Source of the DNA: Mustelus asterias
Taxonomy: Eukaryota
Assembly: GCF_964213995.1 (NCBI RefSeq)
Contig: NC_135817.1
Span: forward strand, 85,374,001-85,428,859
Reading direction: 5' to 3'
Length of the DNA stretch: 54,859 nt
A model generated the notes under the pieces. That model worked only from the letters and a program-made list of their open reading frames with translations. It was not told the origin of the DNA and made no database searches. Position numbers and translations under genes: made by a program. This document shows, in pieces, positions 1-12,849 of this stretch; position 1 is the first letter of the stretch; each line of letters opens with the position of its first letter.

Positions 1-265
1 GGGGAGAGATACGAAAGTGTCCAGAGGGGCAATCTTTTCACACAGAGGGTGGTGAGTGTTTGGAACAAGCTGTCAGAGGCAGTAGTAGAGGCGGGTACAA
101 TTTTGTCTTTTAAAAAGCATTTAGACAGTTACATGGGTAAGATGGGTATAGAGGGATATGGGCCAAACGTGGGCAATTGGGATTAGCTTAGGGCTTTAAA
201 AAAAGGGGCGGCATGGACAAGTTGGGCCAAAGGGTCTGTTTCCATGCTGGAAACCTCTATGACTC
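1..265 (+). mobile_element. CR1 LINE 3' end fragment
   Basis: Encodes the ...FTQRVVSVWNKL... CR1 ORF2 C-terminus followed by a typical CR1 3' UTR/tail. Confidence 0.85.
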
Positions 266-394
266 AGTTTAGTTTCGGTTATTATTCTCTTGCCCAGGAA
301 AAAAAATCTATCGCTCTCAGCTTTAAGATTTTTAATTGAACAAACATCTGGTGCTTTTGGTTGGGAAATAACTTCACACTTCCACCACCCTTTT

Positions 395-880
395 CATGAA
401 AGTGTGGAAAGAGTGCAGAGGAGATTTACCAGGATGCTGCCTGGTTTGGAGGGTAGGTCTTATGAGGAAAGGTTGAGGGAGCTAGGGCTGTTCTCTCTGG
501 AGCGGAGGAGGCTGAGGGGAGACTTAATAGAGGTTTATAAAATGATGAAGGGGATAGATAGAGTGAATGTTCAAAGACTATTTCCTCGGGTGGATGGAGC
601 TATTACAAGGGGGCATAACTATAGGGTTCATGGTGGGAGATATAGGAAGGATATCAGAGGTAGGTTCTTTACGCAGAGAGTGGTTGGGGTGTGGAATGGA
701 CTGCCTGCAGTGATAGTGGAGTCAGACACTTTAGGAACATTTAAGCGGTTATTGGATAGGCACATGGAGCGCACCAGGATGATAGGGAGTGGGATAGCTT
801 GATCTTGGTTTCAGATAAAGCTCGGCACAACATCGTGGGCCGAAGGGCCTGTTCTGTGCTGTACTGTTCTATGTTCTATG
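395..880 (+). mobile_element. CR1 LINE 3' end (ORF2 C-terminus and tail)
   Basis: ERVQRRFTRMLPGL..YEERLRELGLFSLERRRLRGDLIEVYK motif; ends in a GTTCTATGTTCTATG tail. Confidence 0.92.
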
Positions 881-907
881 TGTGTTTCTTAACTATTCTC
901 CTGAATG

Positions 908-1120
908 ATGCGGAGATGCCGGCGTTGGACTGGGGTGGGCACAGTAAGAAGTCTCACAACACCATGTTAAAGTCCAACAGGTTTATTTGGAATCACAAGC
1001 TTTTGGAGCATTGCTCCTTCATCCTTCATCATCATTCACCTGATGAAGGAGCAGTGCTCTGAATGCTTGTCATTTAAATAAACCTGTTGGACTTTAACCT
1101 GCCGTTGTGAGACTTCTCAG
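908..1120. mobile_element. Short palindromic Penelope-derived element with degenerate hammerhead motif
   Basis: Internal inverted repeat; CTGATGA-GGAGC/GCTCT-GAAT at 1040-1064; flanked by the 14-bp direct repeat TATTCTCCTGAATG (894-907, 1121-1134). Confidence 0.7.
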
Positions 1121-4100
1121 TATTCTCCTGAATGGCCTGGTCCTGACTTTAAGGTTATGTTTTGCACTAGCCAAGATATTGGGAGGAATCTTCCTTTGTT
1201 GGAGGTGGGAAGGGCATTTACATTTGGCAGGATGGTGCTGTATTGGAAACCTATTGCCTTCCCATCTGTGTCAGAATTCAATTGTGGAGAGGAAGTGCCT
1301 TTGCCCAACTCTCCCATCCCACGACCAATTGAGGTACTTAAGTGGCCGGTTAATGACCAGTTAAGGGCCTCATCTCTCTGGCACTGGCATTGACCCATCT
1401 GCAGGTTCACCTGGCATCATGTGGCAAGCACAACAGCGAAAAGCTAACTGCCAGCTTGTCGCTTCCTGGAATGGGGGTGTGCTCGAACAAAGGCACTCAC
1501 TGCCTGCTCGAGGGACTGGGCACCAGCTGATAGCCTCCCTGCCCCTGCCCTCCCCATGACTTACATGTGGCCTGGGTGGCCCTGTCAACCTGGAACTCTG
1601 GTGCCTGCCCTTCCCGCAGCAGCCACAGCCTCCCTAGCGGAGGCGCTACTGAGCTCAAGAGCTGCTGGCTTCTGATTGGCCAGCAGCTCTCAATAGGTGA
1701 GACTTCTGTCCACAGGGTCTTGATTCCAGGGGAATTCCCCACATGACCTCGTACTGCCTGATTGTTTGGTGGTTTGTCAGGCCTTTCCCGAGAAGAGGCA
1801 GCGTGGGTCTTCCCAGCTTCCCAGCCAGCATATGGGAAGGACGCATTGAGCTAAATAATGGCTGGAGCATGGGGGCAAGTCATGTGATGGGATCACCAGG
1901 AATACATTTAAACATAGTTGGCAACCCCTACCATTCAGTACTGTGCTAAGGGAGTCCTGCACTGTCAGGAGTGCTATCTTTCAGAGGGAATGTTAAACCG
2001 AGGGCTGGTTTGCCCTCACAGTTGGGCAAAGCAGATCTCAACACATCATTTGAAGGAGAGCAAGAGGGTGTTCCTGGTAACACAGCCAATATTTATCCTT
2101 CAAATTTCACTGCTGTTAATTAGGCTTTGCTGTGTGTCATTTCCCCTGCATTGCGACAGTGACTATGAAAGACTGTGAAGGTACAAGAGAAGTACACGTT
2201 CTTTCTCTTGTTCAGAGTCAGGATGGTGTGTGGCTGAAAGGGGAACCTGCGGGTGGTGGGGTTCCCATGTTTCAGCTGCCCTTGTCCATCTAGGTGGAAA
2301 GGGTCATGAGTTTGGAAGGTGCTGTCGAAGGAGCCTTGGTGAGTTGCTACAGTGCATCTTGTAGATGGTACGCACGGTTACCGCTGTGTGTCAGTGGTAT
2401 TGAGTGTCCAGCTTGCTGACTATAAATAAGTGCAAATCTGGGCAAGATGCTGAGAAAAGCTACAAACAGCTAATTATGGGGCATCACACTAAGCTTTTAA
2501 AATTATTTAGGGAGAGAAAAACACTTGGTTTGTAGGGAGTCCAAAACTTGGGGGCCTTCGCCACCAATAAATCCAATAAGGAATTGAGAAGGAACTTTAC
2601 CCAAAGGGTGCTGCCTTTGAGGAACTCACAAATACAAGGAGTATTTGAGGTGAATGGCAGAGGTGAAAGAAATAGGAGGATATGCTGATATGGGTGAGGT
2701 GAAGTAGAGTGGGAGGAGGTTTTTGTGGAGCAGAAACACCAACATAGACCGCTTGGGCCGAATGGCCCATTTCTGTGCTGCAGATTCATTGTAATTCTAT
2801 GTAAAATTCAATGAATTCATGACCGTAGCAGGATCAATAAAATAGAGATAGGGAAGAGGCCAGATTGGAGATTTATTGGTTGTAATGGACAGAACAACGT
2901 AACAAGGGTTTGCGTGTAGTGATTGTAAAGTTTATCGCCACCATCCCAGTTTTTCTGGGTGAAGAGATATTTCAGTGCATCACGTTTCTCTGACATTTGG
3001 CAGTTGCTTTTTGTTTGACGGTTCTGAAAGGAACTTCAAAATAGTTTGTGTTCAGAATGACATTGGGTGTGGGGGCAGGGGGCGGGGCTTAGGGTTCGGG
3101 TTCAGCAACTCACCACCATCGTCTCAAAGGCAAATAGAGATGGGCAATAAATTCTGTCCTCAACAGCAACACTCAGAGTCACAGAGTCACACAGTGCAGA
3201 AGAGATAATGCAATGAGATAGTGGTCTCTCCACCAAATCATCAGCAGTCACCCTTACAATATCAATGATTGTTTGTTGGTACATCATTTGAAAATTGCTG
3301 AAGAGTTTTGTCTTTCATTCATCAGGACAAATGCAAAAATGCTAAGAGTGTGTGTGTGTATTTGTGTGTTTAAAGTTTATTTATGAGTGTCACAAGTAGG
3401 CTTGCATTAACACTGCAATGAAGTTACTGTGAAAATCCCCTGTGTTTATGTGTGCGCGATGTTTGTGAATGCGAGTGTGTATGTGTGTGTGTTTGTGAAC
3501 AGTGTGTGTGAATGGTGTATGTGAATGTGGTGTTTGTCATTGTGTATGNNNNNNNNNNNNNNNNNNNNNNNNNNNNNNNNNNNNNNNNNNNNNNNNNNNN
3601 NNNNNNNNNNNNNNNNNNNNNNNNNNNNNNNNNNNNNNNNNNNNNNNNNNNNNNNNNNNNNNNNNNNNNNNNNNNNNNNNNNNNNNNNNNNNNNNNNNNN
3701 NNNNNNNNNNNNNNNNNNNNNNNNNNNNNNNNNNNNNNNNNNNNNNCTCTGATTAAATGTACTCTGGAAGTTTAGTCACATGATTTGTCCCCACACTCCA
3801 GCCATGAGTCGGCCAAAACACACACCCTTGTGATGTCCGGCCTTCCTACACCAATTGGAAAGCACAGAGACTCATTAAGCCAGTTGGATCAAGCTTAGCT
3901 GTCAGCCAAACAGCCCTTTTTCCCTCATTGTCAATATTTTTACATCTGCTAAAGAGAAATGTTCAAAGAAAATGATTAAAAAGAAACAATCTTTTTTAAG
4001 GCCCCGATGCTTTTTCTCCAGGGTCGCACACAGCGGTGTCCTGGAGATTGACCCTCAGTTCCTGGAGACCCCAGGCCAATGCTGGAGGGTTGGCGACCCT

Positions 4101-5109
4101 AGTGAGCTCAGTAAGTGTGAGCCGTGCCTCCATCGGGATTCTCAGCAGTACCATGCCTGTTGACGATTGCCTTGGCACCATCGTGCATCCACCTCCCACC
4201 CCCCTCTCTCCCCCCAATCCCTCCACCCCCACGGTCTTTCTCTAATCCCTTTAAGGATGGAAGCGTTGCTCCTGAATGTTTTTTTTCTTCCTCTCGCTCC
4301 TTCCTTTATGTTTAAGGCCACAGACGAGAGAGGCTGCGGTGTGGTTCAGAGCTTTCATTAAAAATCACATTTATCAGCAGTTTCCAGCTGGATTTTAAAC
4401 ACTCGACTGATGAGAATTTTCGGAATCAAGCGTGCAGGGTCTTGTGAAAGCAAACTGCTCCATCCAAGTGCCCGTATAATTAGGCCGAGGCTGACAGGAG
4501 CGCGCGGTAGCTGCAAAGCCCCCTATTCTGCCTGAACTTCAAAACCTTGCTGACTACTTCCCTTCCATTGTCAGAATTTTATCAGAATTTGGCTGCTTGT
4601 GACACTTCTTGCGGGACCATGAAACCCAAGTGACACGTTGTAATTATAGATTATAACAAGCCGGCAGTGCAGCCAGCTATTCCACCCGAGCCCCAGTTAA
4701 CATCTTGGCAATCCCAGCTGCTTGTCTCTTGTTGCTTGGGTTGATTCAGCGGAGAGGCGAGGCTAATGCTTCCTACATTCACACGTTGAGCGGGTTACTG
4801 CTGTCTATGCTGCTCCTTTCATTCATTTGGAGGTTCTGGGTGTTATTGGCTGGGCCCGCATTTATTCTCCACTCCCAATTGCCCTTGGGAAGGTGGTGGT
4901 GAGCCACCTTCCTGCAATCCATCTAATCGTAGAGTCATAGACAACCTACAGTGCAGAAGCTGGCCATTCGGCCCACTGAGTCTGCGATGGAGCATGCCAC
5001 CCAGACCCTATCCCCGTAACCCCACAAACCCCCTCTAACCTACACATCTTGGGGCATTAAGGGGCAATTTAGCATGGCCAATCCACTAACCTGCACATCT
5101 TTGGACTCC

Positions 5110-5176
5110 CTGTGTGTGTGCGGCGCATGTGTGTTTGTTCATGTGTGTGCATATATGTGTGTGTGTGTAAGTGAGA

Positions 5177-5207
<31 letters not shown>

Positions 5208-5343
5208 AGTATGTGTGTGAGCGTGTGTGCGTACGTGCATGTGTGCGTGCGTGTGGGTGTGTGTGTGTGTGTGCATGCATGTGTGTGTGTATGTGTGTGT
5301 GTATGTGCGTGTGTGTGTTGTGTGGGTGTGCGTGTGTGCATGT
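5110..5343. repeat. (GT)n-rich microsatellite running into an assembly gap
   Basis: Degenerate TG repeats followed by an N run. Confidence 0.95.
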
Positions 5344-7184
5344 NNNNNNNNNNNNNNNNNNNNNNNNNNNNNNNNNNNNNNNNNNNNNNNNNNNNNNNNN
5401 NNNNNNNNNNNNNNNNNNNNNNNNNNNNNNNNNNNNNNNNNNNNNNNNNNNNNNNNNNNNNNNNNNNNNNNNNNNNNNNNNNNNNNNNNNNNNNNNNAGC
5501 ACAGAAAGAGGCCAGTCGGGTCCATAATGCTCCACATGAGGCTCCTCACACTTTACTTTCCTCACTGTATCAGCATAACCACCTGTTCCTTTCTGCTTCA
5601 TCAGTTTATCGATCCTCTGGATTAATGTGATTTGTCAATCGCCAACCGTGGCGGCAAATTCACATTCTCACCTCTCTCTGTGTCTTGAATTCCCAGTTTG
5701 ATTGATGAGTGATTATGTAATATTTATAACCCCTGGTTTGATATNNNNNNNNNNNNNNNNNNNNNNNNNNNNNNNNNNNNNNNNNNNNNNNNNNNNNNNN
5801 NNNNNNNNNNNNNNNNNNNNNNNNNNNNNNNNNNNNNNNNNNNNNNNNNNNNNNNNNNNNNNNNNNNNNNNNNNNNNNNNNNNNNNNNNNNNNNNNNNNN
5901 NNNNNNNNNNNNNNNNNNNNNNNNNNNNNNNNNNNNNNNNNNNNNNNNNNNNNNNNNNNNNNNNNNNNNNNNNNNNNNNNNNNNNNNNNNNNNNNNNNNN
6001 NTGCACANNNNNNNNNNNNNNNNNNNNNNNNNNNNNNNNNNNNNNNNNNNNNNNNNNNNNNNNNNNNNNNNNNNNNNNNNNNNNNNNNNNNNNNNNNNNN
6101 NNNNNNNNNNNNNNNNNNNNNNNNNNNNNNNNNNNNNNNNNNNNNCTCAACCCAGCCCTATGAAACCCTTCACGCTATCAGGTTAGCTTTCAGCCTTCTC
6201 TTTCCTCAGGTCAGGAGCTGGTTCAGCTAAAACATCCATCTCTCTCAAAGAAACACTTATTCCCTAGCCTCAGATGGGAAAAATAGAACTTATATAGTAT
6301 AGCACGCTTCATGTCTGCAGGAGGTCCCAAAGCACTTGGCAATCAATGCTGTTGCCTAAACGGCCCTTAGTACTTAGTCTACAAACAAGACTACAAACAG
6401 AAGGCTGCTTTCACAGAGACAGGTTATTGATCTGTAAAGCAATACTCGCAAGAGCTCAGCCTGGGGAAGGAGCAGTTTGCAGCGACCAGCTCCATATTCT
6501 GGACAAATCCAAGCTCTTCATTGTAAGATTGCCTTTACACCTTCTCCTATTACGATCACATGACAATTACAGTATCTTACTCTGATCCCATTGTGTCATG
6601 TGGGAAAATGTGAACTTGTCTATCTTGGCAGGAGCAATAGGAAAACAGCAAGTTATTTAAATGGATTGAGATTGCAGAACTCTGAGGTTACAGAGGGATC
6701 TGGGTGTCCTGGTACATGATTCACAAGAAGTTAGTATGCAGGTACAGCAAGTGATTAGGAAGGCAAATGGAATGTTGGTGTTTACTATGAGGGGAATGGA
6801 ATACAAACATTGAGAAGTTGCAAATTCACTGGAATGATTCCAGAAATGATTCTGCAGCCAATGTCTGCAATAAGGTTCCGAGTGATGGGGATAACAGCAT
6901 CATGTGAGTACTGTGCTCTGCCAATCAATGGCTTAATTAGAGATTATTAAATCCTTCACAGTACTTTCAGTATCCTCAACCAAACCTTATTAAGAAGCTG
7001 TGAAACTCTACGATACCTGCAGCCACCTGATAAACCTGCCGTGCTTTCCACAGCGCGCTTCAATTCAATTTAATTAAAAATGGAAACAAAACAGGAACAA
7101 AAATGGCTTTCAACTCAAAACATGATTATCTTTGTGTCTGGAAAAACATGAAGTTACTGCAACCCATTTCCTTGAGAGTAAAAA

Positions 7185-7523
7185 TCATAGAATCATAAAA
7201 TTCCAGAATGGCTACAGTGCAGAAGGAGGCCATTCGGCCCATTGAGCCTGCACTGACAATGATCCCACCCAGGCCCCATTCTCGTAACCCCATGCATTTA
7301 CCCTGCTACTGCCCCTGACACTAAGGGGCAATTTATCGTGGCCAATCAACCTAACCCGCACATCTTTGGACTGTGGGAGGAAACAGGAGCACCCAGAGGA
7401 AACCCACGCAGACACGGCAAGAATGTGCAGACTCCGCACAGGCAGTGACCCAAGCCGGGAATTGAACCCGGGTCCCTGGCACTGTGAGACAGCAGTGCTA
7501 ACCAGTGTGCCACAGTGCTGCCC
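7185..7523 (-). mobile_element. HE1-like tRNA-derived V-SINE
   Basis: A-box/B-box tRNA head, V-domain (GTGTCTGCGTGGGTTTCCTC...), CR1-like tail GATTCTATGATT on the minus strand. Confidence 0.88.
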
Positions 7524-7792
7524 ATCTCGCATGGCCTGTCATGGGTATGCCAATTCTTTAGTCCCATTCCTTCATTTTCTCCCATCTTCTGTTGATATTT
7601 TTTGATTCCAGTTTCCTTCTGACTTGTCTCTCACATTCTGCCATCTGTGAACTTGCCACTCTTGTCTGAACTTTCACCCTATAGTCTCCATTTCCCTATT
7701 GCCCTTGTGCTCATTGACCTATGTTAGCTCCTGATTGAGCAATGTCTTGACTTTAAAATCCTTACCTGACTAGGCCATGTTCACATCTGTCC

Positions 7793-8028
7793 GTGATAAT
7801 GACCTCAGCGAGGCCCATAAGGTTGGCTTCTTGGAGTATGAGCTCCCTGATTGAGGTCATAATTGCCTGCCCAATCAGAGAGCCTCACCTGTGTATATAT
7901 GGAGGAGTGTCAGGGCTACTGAAACACCAGATTCTGACTTTGTACCTGAAGCATTCTAGAAGTGGAACAGAGTTTGCAAATAATGGGAATCTAGTGAAGG
8001 GACACCAGCCTCTGAGGAGTTATTCCAC
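7793..8028 (+). mobile_element. Dispersed repeat, probable solo LTR; related inverted copy at about 10960-11188
   Basis: Shared segments GTGAAGGGACACCAGCCTC, GAGTGTCAGGG and GAGCTCCCTGATT in opposite orientations. Confidence 0.5.
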
Positions 8029-8349
8029 CCACGGCCTGTCATCTCCCTGTCTCTGTAATCTCAGCCAGTCCCACAACATTCCAAGATACCTGTGTTGCGA
8101 TAAATCTGCCCTCTTAAGCATCCCCAATTCTAACTATTCCCCCACTGGTGGTTGCACCTTCAGCTACCTGGGTCCTCATCTCTGAAACTCCCGCTCTAGT
8201 CCTTTCCACCTTTCGACTTTTCTCTCCTCCTCTAAGACGCACCTTAAAAGACACACCCTGTCTAATTCTGTTAGAATTTTTATAGGTTTCTATGAGATTG
8301 CCCCTCGTTCTTCTGAACTCCAGCAAATGTAATCCTAACCATTGACTGC

Positions 8350-9670
8350 TGTCTGGGTGTATTGACTGTTGTTTGACTTCAATGACTGTTATGTGCCTAT
8401 CTTTAATTTTGTGTGACTGTGCCAACTGTTTTATATTTGTGCTGATTGTTGTATATCTGTTTGAACTGTTGTATATCTATGTGGACTGTTGCATATCTGT
8501 GCTTGCTGTTGTATATCTGTGTGGACAGTTGTATATCTGTGTGGACAGTTGTATATCTGTGTGGACAGTTGTATATCTGTGTGGACAGTTGTATATCTGT
8601 GTGAACTGTTGTATATCTGTGTTGACTGTTGTATATCTATGCTGCCTTTTGTATATTTATGCTGACTGTTGTATATCTGTGCTGACTGTTGTATATCTGT
8701 GCTGACTGTTGTATATCTATGCTGCCTTTTGTATATCTATGCTGACTGTTGTATTTCTGTGCTGACTTTTGTATATCTGTGTGGACTGTTGCACATCTGT
8801 GTGGACTGTTGTATATCTGTGCTGACTGTTGTATATCTGTAATGACTTGTATATCTGGGTGGACTGTTGTATATCTGTGCTGACTTTTGTACATCTGTGT
8901 GGACTGTTGTATATCTGTGTGGACTGTTGTATATCTGCACTGACTGTTGTATATCTGTAATGACTGTTGTATAGCTGCGTGGACTGTTACACATCTGTAT
9001 GGACTGTTGTACATCTGTGTGGACTGTTATATATCTGTGCTGACTGTTGTATATCTGTGATGAGTGTTGTATATCTGTGCTGATTGTTGTATATCTGTGT
9101 GGACTGTTGCATATCTGTGATGACTGTTGTATATCTGTGCTTGCTGTTGTACATCTGTGTGGACAGTTGTATATCTGTGATGACTGTTGTATATCTGTGA
9201 TGACTGTTGTATACCTGTGTGGACAGTTGTATATCTGTGCTGACTGTTGTATATCTGTGTGGACAGTTGTATATCTATGTGGACTGTTGCATATCTGTGT
9301 GGACAATTGTATATCTGTGTGAATCGTTGTATATCTGTGTGGACAGTTGTATATCTGTGCTGACTGTTGTATATCTATGATGACTGTTGTATATCTGTGC
9401 TGATTGTTGTTTATCTATGATGACGGTTGTATATCTGTGCTGACTGTTGTATATCTGTGTGGACTGTTGAATATCTGTGTGGACTGTTGTATATCTGTGC
9501 TGACTGTTGTATATCTGTGCTGACTGTTGTATATCTGTGCTGACTGTTGTATATCTATGATGACTGTTGTATATCTGTGTGGACTGTTGTATATCTGTGC
9601 TGACTGTTGTATATCTGTGTGGACTGTTGTATATCTGTGTGGACTGTTGTATATTTGTGCTGACTGTTGT
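8350..9670. repeat. 20-bp minisatellite (GACTGTTGTATATCTGTG[TG/CT])n
   Basis: Direct 20-bp periodicity over about 1.3 kb. Confidence 0.97.
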
Positions 9671-10294
9671 GTGGCAATGTTTGCTTTGCATCAGACGCTG
9701 GTGGTTTCGAGCAGCACATCAGAGACTTGTGCGCATAATCTATACGGACATTCCTAATGCAGTTGTGAGGGAGTGCCGGGTGTTTAAGTTGCTATTTATT
9801 TATTCCTTGGGGCTCAGTGAAATATTCTGCAGCGCTATCTTTCCTACATTAAAGGCACTTTATGGATGAAATTGTTATTGTTAACTATATAATTCAATCA
9901 GTATGTCAGCATGAATGTTCATTGCTGAATTAGGATCATACTAGCTGTGTACTGACATGAATCATTTGTAATGCCCATTATTAAAATGATCCATTTAAGT
10001 TTTGATGGAATCATTGACAAGGGCCTTGCTGACTTGCAGAAGACAATGTACCAAGTTTATCTGCGGGGATTTGTAAACAAGGTACTTGCTGCCCTCCAGG
10101 GCAGGCCATTTTCACCGCACCCTGTGTTCCTCAGATGAGAAGGGCCATTCGGCCCATCTAACTGAAGGATAACTCAGATTGAACAGGATATAGAGGCTCT
10201 GGAGAAGGGGAAGAAAAGATCTATAGGAATGATATCTAAACTGAGCAGTCATTCAAGTCGGGGAAGATAGTACCGGCTGTGCATCTTTTAAAGC

Positions 10295-10592
10295 TTTAAA
10301 GTTTATTTATTAGTGTCACAATTAACACTGCAATGAAGTTACTGTGAAAATCCCCTGGTCGCCACACTCCGCTGCCTGTTCGGGTACACTGAGGGAGAAT
10401 TTAGCATAGCCAATGCATCTAACCAGCACGTTTTTCAGACTGTGGGAGGAAATCAGAGCACCTGGAGGAAACCCACACAGACACGGGGAGAACATGCAAA
10501 CTCCACACAGACAGTGACCCAAGCCAGGAATCGAACCCAGGTCCCTTGCACTGTGAGGCAGCAGCGCTAACCACTGTGCCACCGTGCCACCC
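10295..10592 (-). mobile_element. V-SINE with alternative 3' tail (..CACAGTAACTTCATTGCAGTGTTAAT..)
   Basis: tRNA head and V-domain with the second tail type. Confidence 0.85.
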
Positions 10593-10959
10593 CATCTTTT
10601 CTCAAGTGGAAGATTGAGGGGTGACCTGTTAGCTGTCATTAAGATGATGAAAGGATACCGTAATAGAGTAGATGTAAAGAAGATGTTTCCACAGAAGAAC
10701 ATAAAATCAGGAGTCCAATGGTATAAGACAGTCACATATTAATTCAATAGAACATTCAGGGGTGACCTCTTTATCCTGAGTTTAGTTAGATACTGGGACT
10801 GAAGGGTTTGTGGAATAGTTCAGGTGAACAACATAGGTCAACTTCAGAGGAAGCCAGATAAACACATGGGAAAGAAAGGGTCATAAGAGCATATTGTAGG
10901 AGTTCGACAATGAAAAGTGGTCGGAGGGTTATGTAGACTATAATAACTCCCTTGGTCCT

Positions 10960-11188
10960 TGTAGTAACCCCTCTGAGGCTGGTGTCCCTTCACCAAATTT
11001 AGATTTAGTTAGCAACACTCAGAAAGGTACTTCCTCGTACAGAGTAGAAACCCAGAGTGCCAGTAACCCTGACACTCCACATTATGTACACAGGCAGGAC
11101 TCCCTGCTTGGATAATCCATTACTGCCTTAATCAGGGAGCTCGTATTCTAAGAGGTCCACGTTGCGGGCCTTGTTAAAGTCATTACTG
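10960..11188 (-). mobile_element. Inverted copy of the 7793-8028 repeat (probable solo LTR)
   Basis: Reverse-complement similarity to 7793-8028. Confidence 0.5.
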
Positions 11189-11877
11189 TCTTTTCAGACT
11201 GAATAGCCTATTTCTATGCTGTAGATTCTATGCAAGGCTATGGAAACATAGAAACTAGAAGCAGGAGTAGGCCATTTGGCTCTTCAAGCCCGTTCCACCA
11301 TTCATTTTGATCATGGCTGATAATCAAATTCAATATCCTGATCCCGCCTTCCCCCCATATCCCTTGACCCCTTATCCCTAGGCTCTATATCTAATTTCTT
11401 CTTGAAATCACACAACTATAAGGTGGCATTAAAGATCCCAGGACATGATAAAGAGAGACCACCAGGAAGTATCTTAATTTAATTCCCTCCTCAACTAATA
11501 GAAGCAAAATAAATGATCTGCACTTGCCATTTGCGAGATCTCTCTGTGCACAAAATGGCTGCTCCCTTTGTCCCAGCATTGGAAGGATATTTTTTGATAA
11601 TGAGGCACGGTGGGACTTTGTGAGATGTGTGATGAGGTGTAGATTAAATGCAAACCGCTCCTCTGCACTTATTCACTGTCACTGCGTGTAAAAATATCTC
11701 ATTACACATGAAGTGTCTGAGATACCTGAGAGAGAAGATGAGGCGCTAAATGAAAGAAGTCTTTCTTTTCTTATCGAGAGCTCTCTTTGTTTTTATTCGA
11801 GCGCGTGTCACGTGGCAGCCTCATTAACTCTGTAATGAGGTGTTTGTTGGATTCAGGCACCTGGATGCTGCACAGAG

Positions 11878-11892
11878 GTTCCCTAGGGTAAC
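11878..11892 (+). promoter_or_regulatory. RFX X-box-like site upstream of candidate exon 0; E-box GTCACGTG at 11807-11814
   Basis: GTTCCCTAGGGTAAC resembles GTNRCC-N(0-3)-RGYAAC. Confidence 0.35.
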
Positions 11893-12117
11893 AGATGGGG
11901 CTGGTCTTGGATATACGATTGTGGAGAGAGATATTCTCCCAGGTAGAGGTCCAGACCTGACTGATGCCGCAAAAAACACAGGCGAGGAGTGGAGACAGTA
12001 GCAGCAAGATTTTTGGTGTTATACACAGCTTGAGTCTCTGCCAACTAACTTTCCCAGGGAAGCTCACTGAGCAGAGGCTGTGGACTATTTTCAGTTGTGC
12101 TTGGATCACGGGGAGTT

Positions 12118-12283
12118 ATGCTTCTCCGAAGGCCTTTCGGGATGTTCTGGTGGCCTTATTTTTTTCCGAATTCAATCTCTCCGGAGTTTAACACTCCCAT
12201 TGAGGAGAATAAAACAGGGACAATAGATAACCTTGAAAGCAGCGAGACCACCACAGTTCCATTCAACATGAAGAAGGAGAAAG
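12118..12283 (+). CDS. Candidate divergent first coding exon (unit 0): MLLRRPFGMFWWPYFF...TTTVPFNMKKEK, phase-1 donor
   Basis: ATG plus 55 codons plus 1 nt, then AG|GTAATT; same length and phase as the array exons; TTVPFN resembles STVPPFD. Confidence 0.5.
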
Positions 12284-12849
12284 GTAATTGTCGCTCTGCT
12301 CACGGTGTTTGTATATTGTAGTCAACAGCAATGTTAACGATTTTTACATCAAATGTTTGATTCAGTTCACCTAAAATCGAGACAGGTAGTAAGAGATCTA
12401 AAACTTTAGACTAAACTAAAGTGTCTCACCATCAAGACCCTCTTTTAAAAGCCACTTGTAAATAACTTGTGAATGGATTTGTTTTCTTGTGTTGCGTTTG
12501 AGCAGTAAATACGAATGATGTCAGCGATAGGGGTGGGGAAAAGTGCCTTAAGGAAACATAATATAAACAAAAAACATAGGAGAAATGTTCAGTGTGTCTG
12601 GAGACTAAAACCCCATGCTCAAGTTCCAGCTCTGTGGCCGTTCATCAAATCTGACGTCTGTGATGTAACAGGTCTTAAACAAGCAGGGATGGAGGGAACA
12701 GGAGAACAAACAAAAGGGAATGTCTGTGATTTGGGTGGAAGACAGGAGCGATTAAATGATAAAATAACTGATTGTGCACAGGCAATAGAGGGTGGTAATG
12801 GGGCAATTTCTACACAGTTAGAGGTCATTCAGCCCCTCAAATCTACATT

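Noticed and set aside
4300-4800. Non-repetitive, moderately CpG-containing stretch that might be an exon or enhancer
   Set aside because: No convincing ORF, splice pair or array motif; cannot be supported without conservation data.
3502-6163. ORFs containing X runs and His/Thr or Cys/Val repeats
   Set aside because: They span assembly gaps and (CA)n/(GT)n microsatellites.
8373-9869. Cys/Tyr-rich and HRYTT-repeat ORFs
   Set aside because: Artefacts of the 20-bp minisatellite.
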